Under the pieces are notes generated by a model. It saw nothing but the letters and a program-made list of their open reading frames with translations, was not told the origin of the DNA and searched no databases. This document shows positions 7,477-16,366 of a DNA stretch of 32,000 bases, piece by piece; the stretch's first letter is position 1; every line of letters starts with the position of its first letter. The stretch comes from Candidatus Hermodarchaeota archaeon (GTDB lineage Archaea > Asgardarchaeota > Heimdallarchaeia > Hodarchaeales > Hodarchaeaceae), in NCBI GenBank assembly GCA_048886185.1, contig JBHLKY010000011.1:1-32000 (forward strand), in the 5' to 3' direction. The translations under genes were made by a program, and so were the position numbers.

Positions 7477-8463
7477 TTATGGTATAATTGTTGTTCCTGC
7501 TTCTCCATCGAGGGCAGCTGCGGCAAGCTCAGGTGTGGTAATCACAACTTTCTTACCTCCAGCTTTTAAAAATCTAATAGCAGCTTTTAATTTAGGCCCC
7601 ATTGAGCCTTTTAACTTTTCTCCGAAAGCTCCTTCTTCTAAGTACTTTTCAACTTCTGATATAGTCATTCTATCAATTCCCTTTTGATCAGGAGTTTTGT
7701 AATGTAGATAAACTTTATCAGTATCAGTTAAAATCGCAAAAGCTTCTGCATTAGTATTACTAGCCAGCCTTTCCCCAGCTAAGTCCTTATCTATGACTGC
7801 TTCGATTCCTGTTATTGAACCATCAGGATTCTTAATAACAGGAATCCCTCCACCTCCACTTGCAACCAGTATAAATCCTGTTTCCAATAAAACATTCACT
7901 TGATCTTTTTCGTAAATTTCTATCGGATCTGGGGAAGGAACTACACGACGGTACCCCCGCCCTGCATCTTCAATTATTGTAAACTCTGGATGATCTACTT
8001 TAATTTTATCAGCTTCCTCTTTGGTATAAAAGGGTCCAACAGGTTTGGTGGGATTTTGGAATGCAGGATCATCCCTAGAGACAACAACCTGAGTCACGAT
8101 CGTCGCAACTTTAATTTTTTTCTCAGGATCTAACCGACTTGGAGGTCCTTCTGTTACCAAGAGATTTCCGAGAATATTTTGAATAAGATACCCTATCTGT
8201 CCTTGTGTCATTGCTCCTGCAACATCCATTGTAAGCAGGGGACGATCATAGGGAGGATGGGAGCCAGCTTCCATTTGTAGCATAAGATTTCCGACTTGAG
8301 GCCCATTACCATGAGTTATTACAATTCGCCATTTCGGAATGACCTTCATGATTTGTTTTGCGGTTTCTGTGACATTTTCGATTTGTTCCTCTAGTGTTCC
8401 TCGTTGTTTCCCTTTGATCATGGCATTTCCCCCAAGTGCAATGACAACTAATGGTTTAAGCAT
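7477..8463 (-). CDS. arcC: Carbamate kinase
   Basis: ALGGNA, HGNGPQVG, PTKPVGPFY, GRGYRRVVPSP, GGGGIPV, VIDKD, GSMGPK motifs. Confidence 0.95.
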   Translation of the reverse strand: MLKPLVVIALGGNAMIKGKQRGTLEEQIENVTETAKQIMKVIPKWRIVITHGNGPQVGNLMLQMEAGSHPPYDRPLLTMDVAGAMTQGQIGYLIQNILGNLLVTEGPPSRLDPEKKIKVATIVTQVVVSRDDPAFQNPTKPVGPFYTKEEADKIKVDHPEFTIIEDAGRGYRRVVPSPDPIEIYEKDQVNVLLETGFILVASGGGGIPVIKNPDGSITGIEAVIDKDLAGERLASNTNAEAFAILTDTDKVYLHYKTPDQKGIDRMTISEVEKYLEEGAFGEKLKGSMGPKLKAAIRFLKAGGKKVVITTPELAAAALDGEAGTTIIP

Positions 8464-8676
8464 CGTAATTCCTCAATCTAACGTAGCATTTACATTTGAT
8501 AATGAAATTGAAAAACTTACTTTATTGAACATATTCAGTTAGAAAGAATCTAAACAGCTTTTTCTTGGTATTAATATTCTTTGACCAAACACTATTAAAC
8601 ACACACATAATATTTGTAAATCTCTCATTTTGAAGATTTTGAAATAATTTTATCCATCTAGGTAGGTAATATAACC

Positions 8677-9702
8677 ATGGGAAATCAAAATGAAATTACT
8701 GAACCAACTGATTTATTTAATGATGATGGATCCCTTATCCAACGTGGCTGGGCAAGAAAACCGATACTAACTTATAATAAGGAAAATATTGGGAAGAGGT
8801 GGACTAGAATTAAAGAATGGGATCATTTTTCGATTTTAAATAGACAATGTGGTATCCAGTTAACTATCGGAGATATTGGATACCTGACCCAAATGAGTTA
8901 TGTGTGGCTGGATTTTGAGAAAGAAAACAGATTTGACAAAGCAACAATGAAATTCTTAACAAAATCCAAACTACTGCCTCTTACCTCACTCGAAGATAGT
9001 TCAATCATGTTTCCAACAAAAAAATTCATTGCTACTATTTCAAAAGAAAAAGATAAACGAGTTTTAACCTTGGAAGATCCATCATTTCAAAAAAAAGGAA
9101 TCAAAGCCACAATTAAACTCGATGATGACCCGAAGATGGATAATACTGTTGTGGTTACAGGGTACAAGGAGGATCCAAGATTATTTTACTATAACCACAA
9201 GATAAATTATATGCCAGCCGAGGGAACTGTTGAAATTGGCGATAACAATTATTTCTTTGAACCAGAGACTTCATTTGGATTAATGGACTGGGGACGGGGG
9301 ATTTGGCCTTATAGAACTCATTGGTTGTGGGGATCTGCTTGTGGGATGGTTAATGAGGTACCTGTGGCATTCAATATAGGTTATGGATTTGGAGATTTAT
9401 CCACACACACTGAAAATATTGTTTTTTATGATGGGGCAGCCCATAAACTTGATGAAGTAACATTTCACAATGAGAAACGAGACCCAACGAAACCCTGGAC
9501 GTTTACTAGTAATGATGACAGATTCAAGATGGAATTGAAACCGCTAATTCCCCATCAAGAGACGCTTAATTTTGGATTTATTTCATTAAATTCTTCGTTA
9601 TTGCATGGATTTTATTCTGGTGATTTAATATTAGATAATGGTGAAAAGATTCATATTGATGAGATGCTTGGTCATGCGGAAGACATCTACTGGCGTTGGT
9701 AG
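8677..9702 (+). CDS. DUF2804-family protein
   Basis: GWARKP...RIKEWD N-terminus, YNHK, DWGRGIWPY.T.W.W, FNIGYGF, EN..FYDG..HKL pattern as remembered for DUF2804. Confidence 0.7.
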   Translation: MGNQNEITEPTDLFNDDGSLIQRGWARKPILTYNKENIGKRWTRIKEWDHFSILNRQCGIQLTIGDIGYLTQMSYVWLDFEKENRFDKATMKFLTKSKLLPLTSLEDSSIMFPTKKFIATISKEKDKRVLTLEDPSFQKKGIKATIKLDDDPKMDNTVVVTGYKEDPRLFYYNHKINYMPAEGTVEIGDNNYFFEPETSFGLMDWGRGIWPYRTHWLWGSACGMVNEVPVAFNIGYGFGDLSTHTENIVFYDGAAHKLDEVTFHNEKRDPTKPWTFTSNDDRFKMELKPLIPHQETLNFGFISLNSSLLHGFYSGDLILDNGEKIHIDEMLGHAEDIYWRW

Positions 9703-9740
9703 TTCACAGATTTTCATTAGTAATAGAGGGTGATTCTGCC

Positions 9741-9757
9741 AGGGGTGACCCCTTTTT
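9741..9757 (+). terminator. Short GC hairpin plus T-tract downstream of the DUF2804 gene
   Basis: AGGGG-TGA-CCCCT followed by TTTT. Confidence 0.35.
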
Positions 9758-9954
9758 CATTTCTAGTACCAACATGAATATCTGGTGTTCCCAGATGAGA
9801 GTAGTAAGATTGCCATAAAGATCATTCTTTTATTGCAGTGATATTTATATTAACAGGTAGGTTTCAGCACAAAGAAAATTCCTCCTCTAGCAGGTGTTTT
9901 TTTAAAGTATTTTATAGATAAGTGGAAACTCTTTAAGAAGTAAGAGATGATGTC

Positions 9955-10458
9955 ATGATTCATATTATGAGAGCCAATCCTGTACGAGATTCGCATGATA
10001 TTGCCAAATTAATTCAAATATGTCGATCAGAGAGAAAAACGGTTCTAAATGAGTATACAGTTGAAGAAGAAAGAGAATACTTAAGTAATCTTCCTCCACG
10101 AGATTCAGTATTTGTTGCACGAATTAAAGATGGCTTGTTTGCTGGTTTTGCTTCTATTAATCAGCGTTATCAGTATAGTGAACGCCTTAAACATTGCGGA
10201 GAGACTGGAACATGGGTAATGCCAGCTTTTCGTAGACAAGGAGTAGGTAAATCCTTGTGGGAAAAAGGAATATTTCCCTGGTGTCGGAAACATGATTATA
10301 AGCATTTAGGATTTTTCATAATGAGTGATAATAAAGAGGGAATAAATTTCTATGAAAGTCTTGGGTTTCATGTGTGTGGTTATCACCGAAAATTGGTTTA
10401 TGGACATGAAGGAACGTTCATAGATGCTATAGAAATGGAATTATGGCTTCAGAATTAA
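9955..10458 (+). CDS. GNAT-family N-acetyltransferase
   Basis: WVMPAFRRQGVGKSL (motif A) and N..GINFYESLGF (motif B). Confidence 0.85.
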   Translation: MIHIMRANPVRDSHDIAKLIQICRSERKTVLNEYTVEEEREYLSNLPPRDSVFVARIKDGLFAGFASINQRYQYSERLKHCGETGTWVMPAFRRQGVGKSLWEKGIFPWCRKHDYKHLGFFIMSDNKEGINFYESLGFHVCGYHRKLVYGHEGTFIDAIEMELWLQN

Positions 10459-10568
10459 GAAATTTCATTCTAATTATCAAATAAAGATTTAAACTGAAAT
10501 TTTCATGAATCAGACATCATTGATTATCAGAAATTCCAAAAAACCAGTTTTCTTTTATCTTCAGACCA

Positions 10569-11048
10569 ATGAACAAAGGAAACATAGGAGATTATAGCGT
10601 GAGTGAAAGTAAAGACAAAATTCAAGATGTATTAAAAAAAATTCAATTAGCCAAGGTTAGTAATGATTGGTCTGATATCAATTCGGAACTTATCTCCAGA
10701 AGGTTAAATTGGTATAGAAATAGAAAAAATGGTTTACTTTTTGGAACTGATGTCAAGAAAGCGTATTCGCTTTTAATTCTCGAATATCTAAAAATAGCTC
10801 CAATAGAGGCACCGATCATCTTTGAAAACGACAGTAAAATTATTTGGCGATCGTATAACTGGTGTCCAGTATTAGAAGCTTGCAAGATTGGAGGATTTGA
10901 TACTCGTGAAATATGTAAAAAAGGATGGGAGAGTTCAGCTCAATTATTAATCCAGCAAATCAATTCTAAGCTCTGTTTCACACGAAATTATTGTGCTATA
11001 CGCCCTTATACTCCTTATTGTGAGGAAATTATTGAATTAAGTGAATAG
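10569..11048 (+). CDS. Cys-rich hypothetical protein, possible metal-binding (V4R/ATC-hydrolase-like) domain; start may be GTG 10599
   Basis: ORF with CPVLEAC...REIC...RPY..YCEE. AGGAG lies 8 nt before GTG 10599. Confidence 0.6.
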   Translation: MNKGNIGDYSVSESKDKIQDVLKKIQLAKVSNDWSDINSELISRRLNWYRNRKNGLLFGTDVKKAYSLLILEYLKIAPIEAPIIFENDSKIIWRSYNWCPVLEACKIGGFDTREICKKGWESSAQLLIQQINSKLCFTRNYCAIRPYTPYCEEIIELSE

Positions 11049-11224
11049 ATAAGAATTTAAATGCCAAATATTCAATGAAAATTTTCATACTGACATGATG
11101 CTAATCATGCTGAAAATATCTAGTAGCGATGATAATTAGTCCATTTTATAGTGTCTGTTTCATTGTATGTACGATTATAATCTGAAATTAAAAAATTATA
11201 ACTGTTCACACCTTATTCTATGGA

Positions 11225-12289
11225 TTAATGCATAATACATGCCATAATACCCTTTTGTGCATGCAATCTGTTCTCGGCTTGATCGAAGATGATAGATTGA
11301 GGTCCATCAGCAACTTCATCATCAACTTCCATTCCACGGTCTTGGGGGAGACAGTGCATGTAGTACCCCCGTCCCTTCTTCGTCATATCCATTAATTCCA
11401 CTGTTGTTTTCCAATGTTTATATTTATTCATGATATCAGGCATCATTTCAGGTTTAGCAGGTCGAACACCCTCTATACCATGGGCTTCCAGAACTCCCCA
11501 GCTCTTGGGATACACGAAATCAGCATCCTGAAATGCGGCTTTCATATCACGTTCAAGAGTAAAAGTCGAACCATATTGATCACAATGATCTTCTACTTTC
11601 TTGATAATATCTGGATGGAGGTCGAATTCAGGAGGACACGCTAATGTCAGATCCATCCCAAACATAGAGGGAGCAAGGACTCCTGTTTGAGGAACTGCCA
11701 TGGGTTTTTGACCTGCAGAATATGCCCAGCTCATCACAAATTTCTTTCCTTGTAATTTGTTAAAATCATGACTACATTTCTCGTATATGGTTAAAATATC
11801 CGCCATTCCTTGGCAGGGATGATACACATCAGACTCCATATTGATGATTGGCTTCTTACTCCAATATGCAAAGTTTTCCTGGATTTTTTGGCCTTTCCCA
11901 TACATCCAGTTACACTTACTGCCGTAGATACGTATAGCAATTGCATCTCCCATTCTAGATAAAACTCGTGAAACATCAGATACCCTTTCTGTTTCATAAG
12001 CGATCTCATCTCCTGGTAATGCTGGAGTATAGATAGCTCCAGGTTGGAGAAAATGTGCATGCCCACCTAATTGTGTCATTCCTGCTTCAAATGAGTTTCG
12101 GGTTCGAAGTGAATCATTATAAAAGATCATAAAGAGAGTTCGGCCAGAGAGGATGTGTCTATGATCCTCATGAATAACAAAACGTTTTTTCAAATCAGCA
12201 CCAACAAGTAGCATGGTTTCAATTTCTTCTCGGGTAAAATCGATCATAGTGAGGAAATCTCGGCCTTTCAAGTCTTCAGTAATTACCAT
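11225..12289 (-). CDS. Carbamoyltransferase, YgeW-like, paralogue 2
   Basis: FYNDSLRT, HPCQ, KKFVMSWAYS...KPMAVPQ, FGMDLTLACP, DADFVYPKSW, HCLP. The substrate domain resembles E. coli YgeW as remembered. Start placed at ATG 12289 (track start 12349). Confidence 0.85.
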   Translation of the reverse strand: MVITEDLKGRDFLTMIDFTREEIETMLLVGADLKKRFVIHEDHRHILSGRTLFMIFYNDSLRTRNSFEAGMTQLGGHAHFLQPGAIYTPALPGDEIAYETERVSDVSRVLSRMGDAIAIRIYGSKCNWMYGKGQKIQENFAYWSKKPIINMESDVYHPCQGMADILTIYEKCSHDFNKLQGKKFVMSWAYSAGQKPMAVPQTGVLAPSMFGMDLTLACPPEFDLHPDIIKKVEDHCDQYGSTFTLERDMKAAFQDADFVYPKSWGVLEAHGIEGVRPAKPEMMPDIMNKYKHWKTTVELMDMTKKGRGYYMHCLPQDRGMEVDDEVADGPQSIIFDQAENRLHAQKGIMACIMH

Positions 12290-12556
12290 GATAATCATTC
12301 CTTTCATTAAAATGCGATAAAACTCTGAAGGAGGATTTTTTCTATTCAAAAAATGTCTAGGGGGTAGAGTTAACTCCCAGGAATATAGTTCAAATTTCTT
12401 TGTGAAAACTCGTGTCTTGTCTTAATAACCCAGAAAACGGATAATCACATAAAAGACTCTGTTATGAAAGTATCTGAATAATCTATAAATTCCGACTAAT
12501 TGACATTAAAATCCTTATAAAAATAGTTTCGTTTGAATAAGTCCAATGATGGTCTT

Positions 12557-13345
12557 TTACTGATATGCCTTGCTATCTTCGGATGCACAGCAAGCAGGGG
12601 ATGAGAAATAACCTTGCGAGACTTCGATAAGGGAGGTATCAGTTGTCCAGATTGCGTGCCAGTGATTGGTGTTCCAGTTTGAGATCGTTAAAAGGGTTTT
12701 ATTGTCAATGATAAGAAAAAAGCAGTTGCAGTGAATAACTTGAAAATTAAAAGGAATTGAATTACTTGGGAGTTTTCTGCGATAAAAACCAAGGGACACA
12801 TCTGAACCTCTTTCTTGAGCAAGAGTGATGGAATTTTCAAGAGAATAATAGACTTCTTCGTTTGGCATCATTAATATGACACTTGACATTGCTTCGTCAA
12901 TCAAACGACGAGTATGGTTAAGAATGTTGTTTTCCCCTTTTAGAATATAGGCAAGTTTTGGTGATTCTTCATGATCTTGGTAAATGGGGGTAAGTAACTC
13001 CACTAGTTTATCTATCGAAGTCATTTTGTTTAAAAATTCAGTTTTAAGAATAGTTCGTTGATTCTCCATTGCTTCATAGGGATGAATTGCAATAAATAAC
13101 TTTGGTACACCTTCTTGAATGGTGATTAATCCCTTTTTCTGAAGATTATCCATTATCCGATAGATTTTACTATCAGCAATACCTGTTTTTTCAATCAATT
13201 TACTCGCGGGAGCGGATTCAAAAGGTAATAAAGCTAAATAGGCTCTTGCTTCATTTCGAGTAAGATTTAATTTCATTAAATCATCGATGAGCTGATAGTA
13301 TGCTTGATCTGAAGTAATTGGTGAAGTATTGAGGACTTTTACCAT
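12557..13345 (-). CDS. TrmB-family transcriptional regulator with Cys-rich C-terminal sensor domain
   Basis: LNLTRNEARAYLALL...SKIYRIMDNLQKKGLI wHTH followed by a TrmB effector domain; HCNC and terminal ACC. Confidence 0.85.
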   Translation of the reverse strand: MVKVLNTSPITSDQAYYQLIDDLMKLNLTRNEARAYLALLPFESAPASKLIEKTGIADSKIYRIMDNLQKKGLITIQEGVPKLFIAIHPYEAMENQRTILKTEFLNKMTSIDKLVELLTPIYQDHEESPKLAYILKGENNILNHTRRLIDEAMSSVILMMPNEEVYYSLENSITLAQERGSDVSLGFYRRKLPSNSIPFNFQVIHCNCFFLIIDNKTLLTISNWNTNHWHAIWTTDTSLIEVSQGYFSSPACCASEDSKAYQ

Positions 13346-13363
13346 TAGCCAAGCTTCCTTTTC

Positions 13364-13395
13364 TCTACTAACCCTCGGTAGAAGAACTTTATAAA
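13364..13395. promoter_or_regulatory. Divergent promoter: inverted repeat TCTAC-N9-GTAGA (13364-13382) and palindromic TATA box TTTATAAA (13388-13395)
   Basis: Read directly between the divergent trmB and arsM starts. Confidence 0.5.
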
Positions 13396-13431
13396 CATTG
13401 TCGTATAGGCATGATATGGGTGTATAGTGTA

Positions 13432-14205
13432 ATGAGTCACTTCAAAGAAGAAGTTAAAAAGAGCTATGCCAAAGCAATAAATAAATATGTTCAACCAACA
13501 CGTCTTGAGCAATCTAGTTGTTGTTCTCCATCACCAACATCGTATAAGAGCCAAAAATCTGCACAGGATGATTGTTGTCCTTCCATAACAATCGAAACAA
13601 AACAAGAATCAACAATACCCAGTTTTGGATGTGTGGTGAACCTCGTACATAAAGCCAATATCCAAAAGGGTGATATTGTTGTAGATTTTGGCAGCGGAGC
13701 TGGTCATGACCTTTTTCAAGCTGCAGAACTTGCAGGCCCAGATGGTAGGGCGATTGGAATTGATTTTACCTCAGATATGATTACTGCTGGTTTAAAAACT
13801 GTTGCAAAGAAAGGTTATACTAATGTCGATTTCCGTCTCTCTGATATCGAAAATATCAATATATTGCCAGATAATTTTGCTGATGTTATAATCAGTAATT
13901 GTGTGATTAACCTCACTTTGGATAAAGGGGCGGTTTTCAAAGAAGCTTTCAGAATCCTCAAACCAGGTGGTCGTCTTGTCGATGCAGATATCATAGCTGC
14001 TAATGATTTACCTACTGAAATAACCCAGGATCCAGAGGCTTGGTGTTCATGTCTTGGTGGAGCATTAACAGAAACGGGATATGTTGAGAAGATCAAAGAA
14101 GCTGGTTTTAGCGAAGTAAATGTGACCATTTTTGATTCATTCGATTACATGCAGAATCAATTTCATAGTGGGATCATTGAAGCCCAAAAACCACTAATTA
14201 TTTAA
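13432..14205 (+). CDS. arsM: Arsenite S-adenosylmethionine methyltransferase (ArsM-like)
   Basis: SFGC, DFGSGAGHD (SAM motif I), GIDFTSDM, SNCVINL, CSCLGGAL, plus N-terminal CC pairs. Start placed at ATG 13432 (track start 13411). Confidence 0.8.
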   Translation: MSHFKEEVKKSYAKAINKYVQPTRLEQSSCCSPSPTSYKSQKSAQDDCCPSITIETKQESTIPSFGCVVNLVHKANIQKGDIVVDFGSGAGHDLFQAAELAGPDGRAIGIDFTSDMITAGLKTVAKKGYTNVDFRLSDIENINILPDNFADVIISNCVINLTLDKGAVFKEAFRILKPGGRLVDADIIAANDLPTEITQDPEAWCSCLGGALTETGYVEKIKEAGFSEVNVTIFDSFDYMQNQFHSGIIEAQKPLII

Positions 14206-14252
14206 TTTGATATATTTGAATGATGATTTTTCTTGATAATTGTAAGAAATCG

Positions 14253-15674
14253 TCATCCTCCTTTAAGTTTCTGCGAAACCCTCAGATATGTCTGAAAAGA
14301 TTTCACAGTCAGATTTGTCTTTAAGCTAGGCTTAGGATTATCTTCAAGGTTCAAGGTATATCCTCCCTTGTCTAGAAGGTCATTAAACGCATCTTGGGCC
14401 ATCTTGAGGATTTTAATTTCATCCAAAGTTTCGACCTGCCTATTTTTCATGATTATTTGGCCATCAACTATGACAGTATCCACATCTGACCCAAAAGCAG
14501 AGTATACTAAATGAGAGGGACAATTATGAAATGGTGTGAGGTGAGGTTTCTTAAAGTCTAATATAATGATGTCAGCTTTTTTCCCTACTTCAAGAGAGCC
14601 AATTTCTCTCTCTAACCCAAGACTTTTAGCTCCTAGAATTGTGGCCATCCGAATAATCTTCTGAGCAGGAAGTACGGTCGAGTTCTTACTTTTCATCTTA
14701 TGAAGAAATGCAGCCGTTCGCATTTCTTCTATCATATCGAGATTATTGTTACTTCCACATCCATCGGTTCCAATCCCAACAATAACGCTATTTTTCATCA
14801 GTTCAGGTATCGGAGCAACCTCATTCCCATATTTCATCATTGGAGAAGGACAGTGAGACACTGTGGTGTTTGTTTTCTTCATGATTTGCATATCCTCCTT
14901 TGTGACAAATACACAATGTGCTGCTAATACATCCTTCTCCAAGACTCCCAAATTATGTAAATGTTCAATGGATGTGCTTCCATGCTTCTCCTTCGCCATC
15001 CTCGGTTCGTTCGGCCCTTCAGCGACATGGATATGTAAACCGACATTAATTTCATTAGCTGCTTCTCGTGTTTGTTGAAGTAAAGCTGGTGAACATGTGT
15101 ATATTGAATGAGGACCTAACTTACAGGATATTCGTCCATCGACAGAATCATTCCATTCTTGAGCAAAAGCCACGCTCTCTCTGAGCTCTCGTTCTCCCTT
15201 TTCCTGGTCATTTAATTCTAATATCCCCTGGGCAAGATTCGCACGCATCCCAGCTTCTTTGACCGCACCCGCTACGCGATCCATATGCCAATACTGATCA
15301 GCAAAGCAGGTTGTTCCTGTTTTTATCATCTCCAAGCAGCCTAGAAGGGCCCCAACATAACAAGTATCAGCAGTGATATTTTTTTCAATCGACCAGATTA
15401 TTGGTAACCAGTTTATTCCAGGAACGTCGTCAGCAACACCTCTGAATAAAGTCATTGATAAGTGTGTATGAGTATTGACAAGTCCTGGCATCAAAACCAT
15501 TCCTTTTGCGTCAATCTCTCTATCAGCTGAATATTTCCGCATTTGGTTTATTGATCCTAAATCAATGATTTTATTCCCTTCAATAACTAAGGTTCCCTCT
15601 GAAATTACCTCATTCTTCTGGTTAACTGTGATGATTACTGCGTTTTTTATTAGTAGATCAGCCAAAAAAACCAC
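14253..15674 (-). CDS. MtaD/DadD-like 5'-methylthioadenosine/S-adenosylhomocysteine deaminase family amidohydrolase
   Basis: PGLVNTHTHLSMTLFRG, EMIKTGTTCFAD, GPHSIYTCS, HIHVAE, AHCV, GTDG.GSNNNLDM motifs. True start may be TTG 15665. Confidence 0.85.
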   Translation of the reverse strand: MVFLADLLIKNAVIITVNQKNEVISEGTLVIEGNKIIDLGSINQMRKYSADREIDAKGMVLMPGLVNTHTHLSMTLFRGVADDVPGINWLPIIWSIEKNITADTCYVGALLGCLEMIKTGTTCFADQYWHMDRVAGAVKEAGMRANLAQGILELNDQEKGERELRESVAFAQEWNDSVDGRISCKLGPHSIYTCSPALLQQTREAANEINVGLHIHVAEGPNEPRMAKEKHGSTSIEHLHNLGVLEKDVLAAHCVFVTKEDMQIMKKTNTTVSHCPSPMMKYGNEVAPIPELMKNSVIVGIGTDGCGSNNNLDMIEEMRTAAFLHKMKSKNSTVLPAQKIIRMATILGAKSLGLEREIGSLEVGKKADIIILDFKKPHLTPFHNCPSHLVYSAFGSDVDTVIVDGQIIMKNRQVETLDEIKILKMAQDAFNDLLDKGGYTLNLEDNPKPSLKTNLTVKSFQTYLRVSQKLKGG

Positions 15675-15796
15675 CTCAACACTTTTGTGAATGAAACAGT
15701 GTACTTTGTATTGTAGATAAATTATTCATATGTGTTTTTTGGATAGAATTACAATAGGAAATTAATTGAGGAAGTTCATATAACCAAGAGTTATCA

Positions 15797-16087
15797 ATGA
15801 AATCAAAAAAAACATCAACTCTCGTTGATGAGAAGAGAACATCCCTTAAACTATCACCTGTAACTAAGATACTTATTTTAGCATTAGTGAAAAAACATCC
15901 TGAGTCCTCTCGTTATGATTTAATGCAAAAAAAGAAGATTTTTTCCTACCATCTTTTGAGACTGAATTTAATCCTCTATCAGGCAGTGATTAACCTTAAG
16001 AGTCCCTCTAATGAACTAAAGTTCAAGATTTTCAATATAACTTCATTGTTTATGGTATTGCTTTCTTCTGGTTATTTGTGGGAGTAG
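15797..16087 (+). CDS. Hypothetical protein, doubtful; N-terminus weakly wHTH-like
   Basis: Only ORF in this gap. ILILALVKKHPESSRYDL faintly recalls PadR-like helix 1-2. Confidence 0.25.
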   Translation: MKSKKTSTLVDEKRTSLKLSPVTKILILALVKKHPESSRYDLMQKKKIFSYHLLRLNLILYQAVINLKSPSNELKFKIFNITSLFMVLLSSGYLWE

Positions 16088-16366
16088 ACATTTCCTCATT
16101 TTTCTAAAAATACTGTTATTATGAAACCTTATTTTATTATAAAGGGGTATTTATCATTATATGATTCTAATAGGATTTCATACCTATGATATCTCTTAAA
16201 TCTTCAAAAATACTCCCAATTATCTTTTTTGCCACTTTCCATTATTATAAAAATGAAAGTGTAATAAACATTAATAAAATTGTAAGATTCTTAAATCATC
16301 AAATCAAACTTTAGAGCTTATCAATCAGAATTAAAATAAATTTTATGTCTGTTATCTGGTGATTTC

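Noticed and set aside
6411-8463. Arginine deiminase (arcABC) pathway
   Set aside because: No arginine deiminase in the window, and neither transferase has the OTC DxxxSMG loop or FxKxSTRT motif.
9780-9796. ATCTGG-N5-CCAGAT palindrome
   Set aside because: Single short occurrence with no supporting context.
16088-16366. AT-rich gap as a replication origin
   Set aside because: No ORB-like repeats and no cdc6/orc1 gene nearby.
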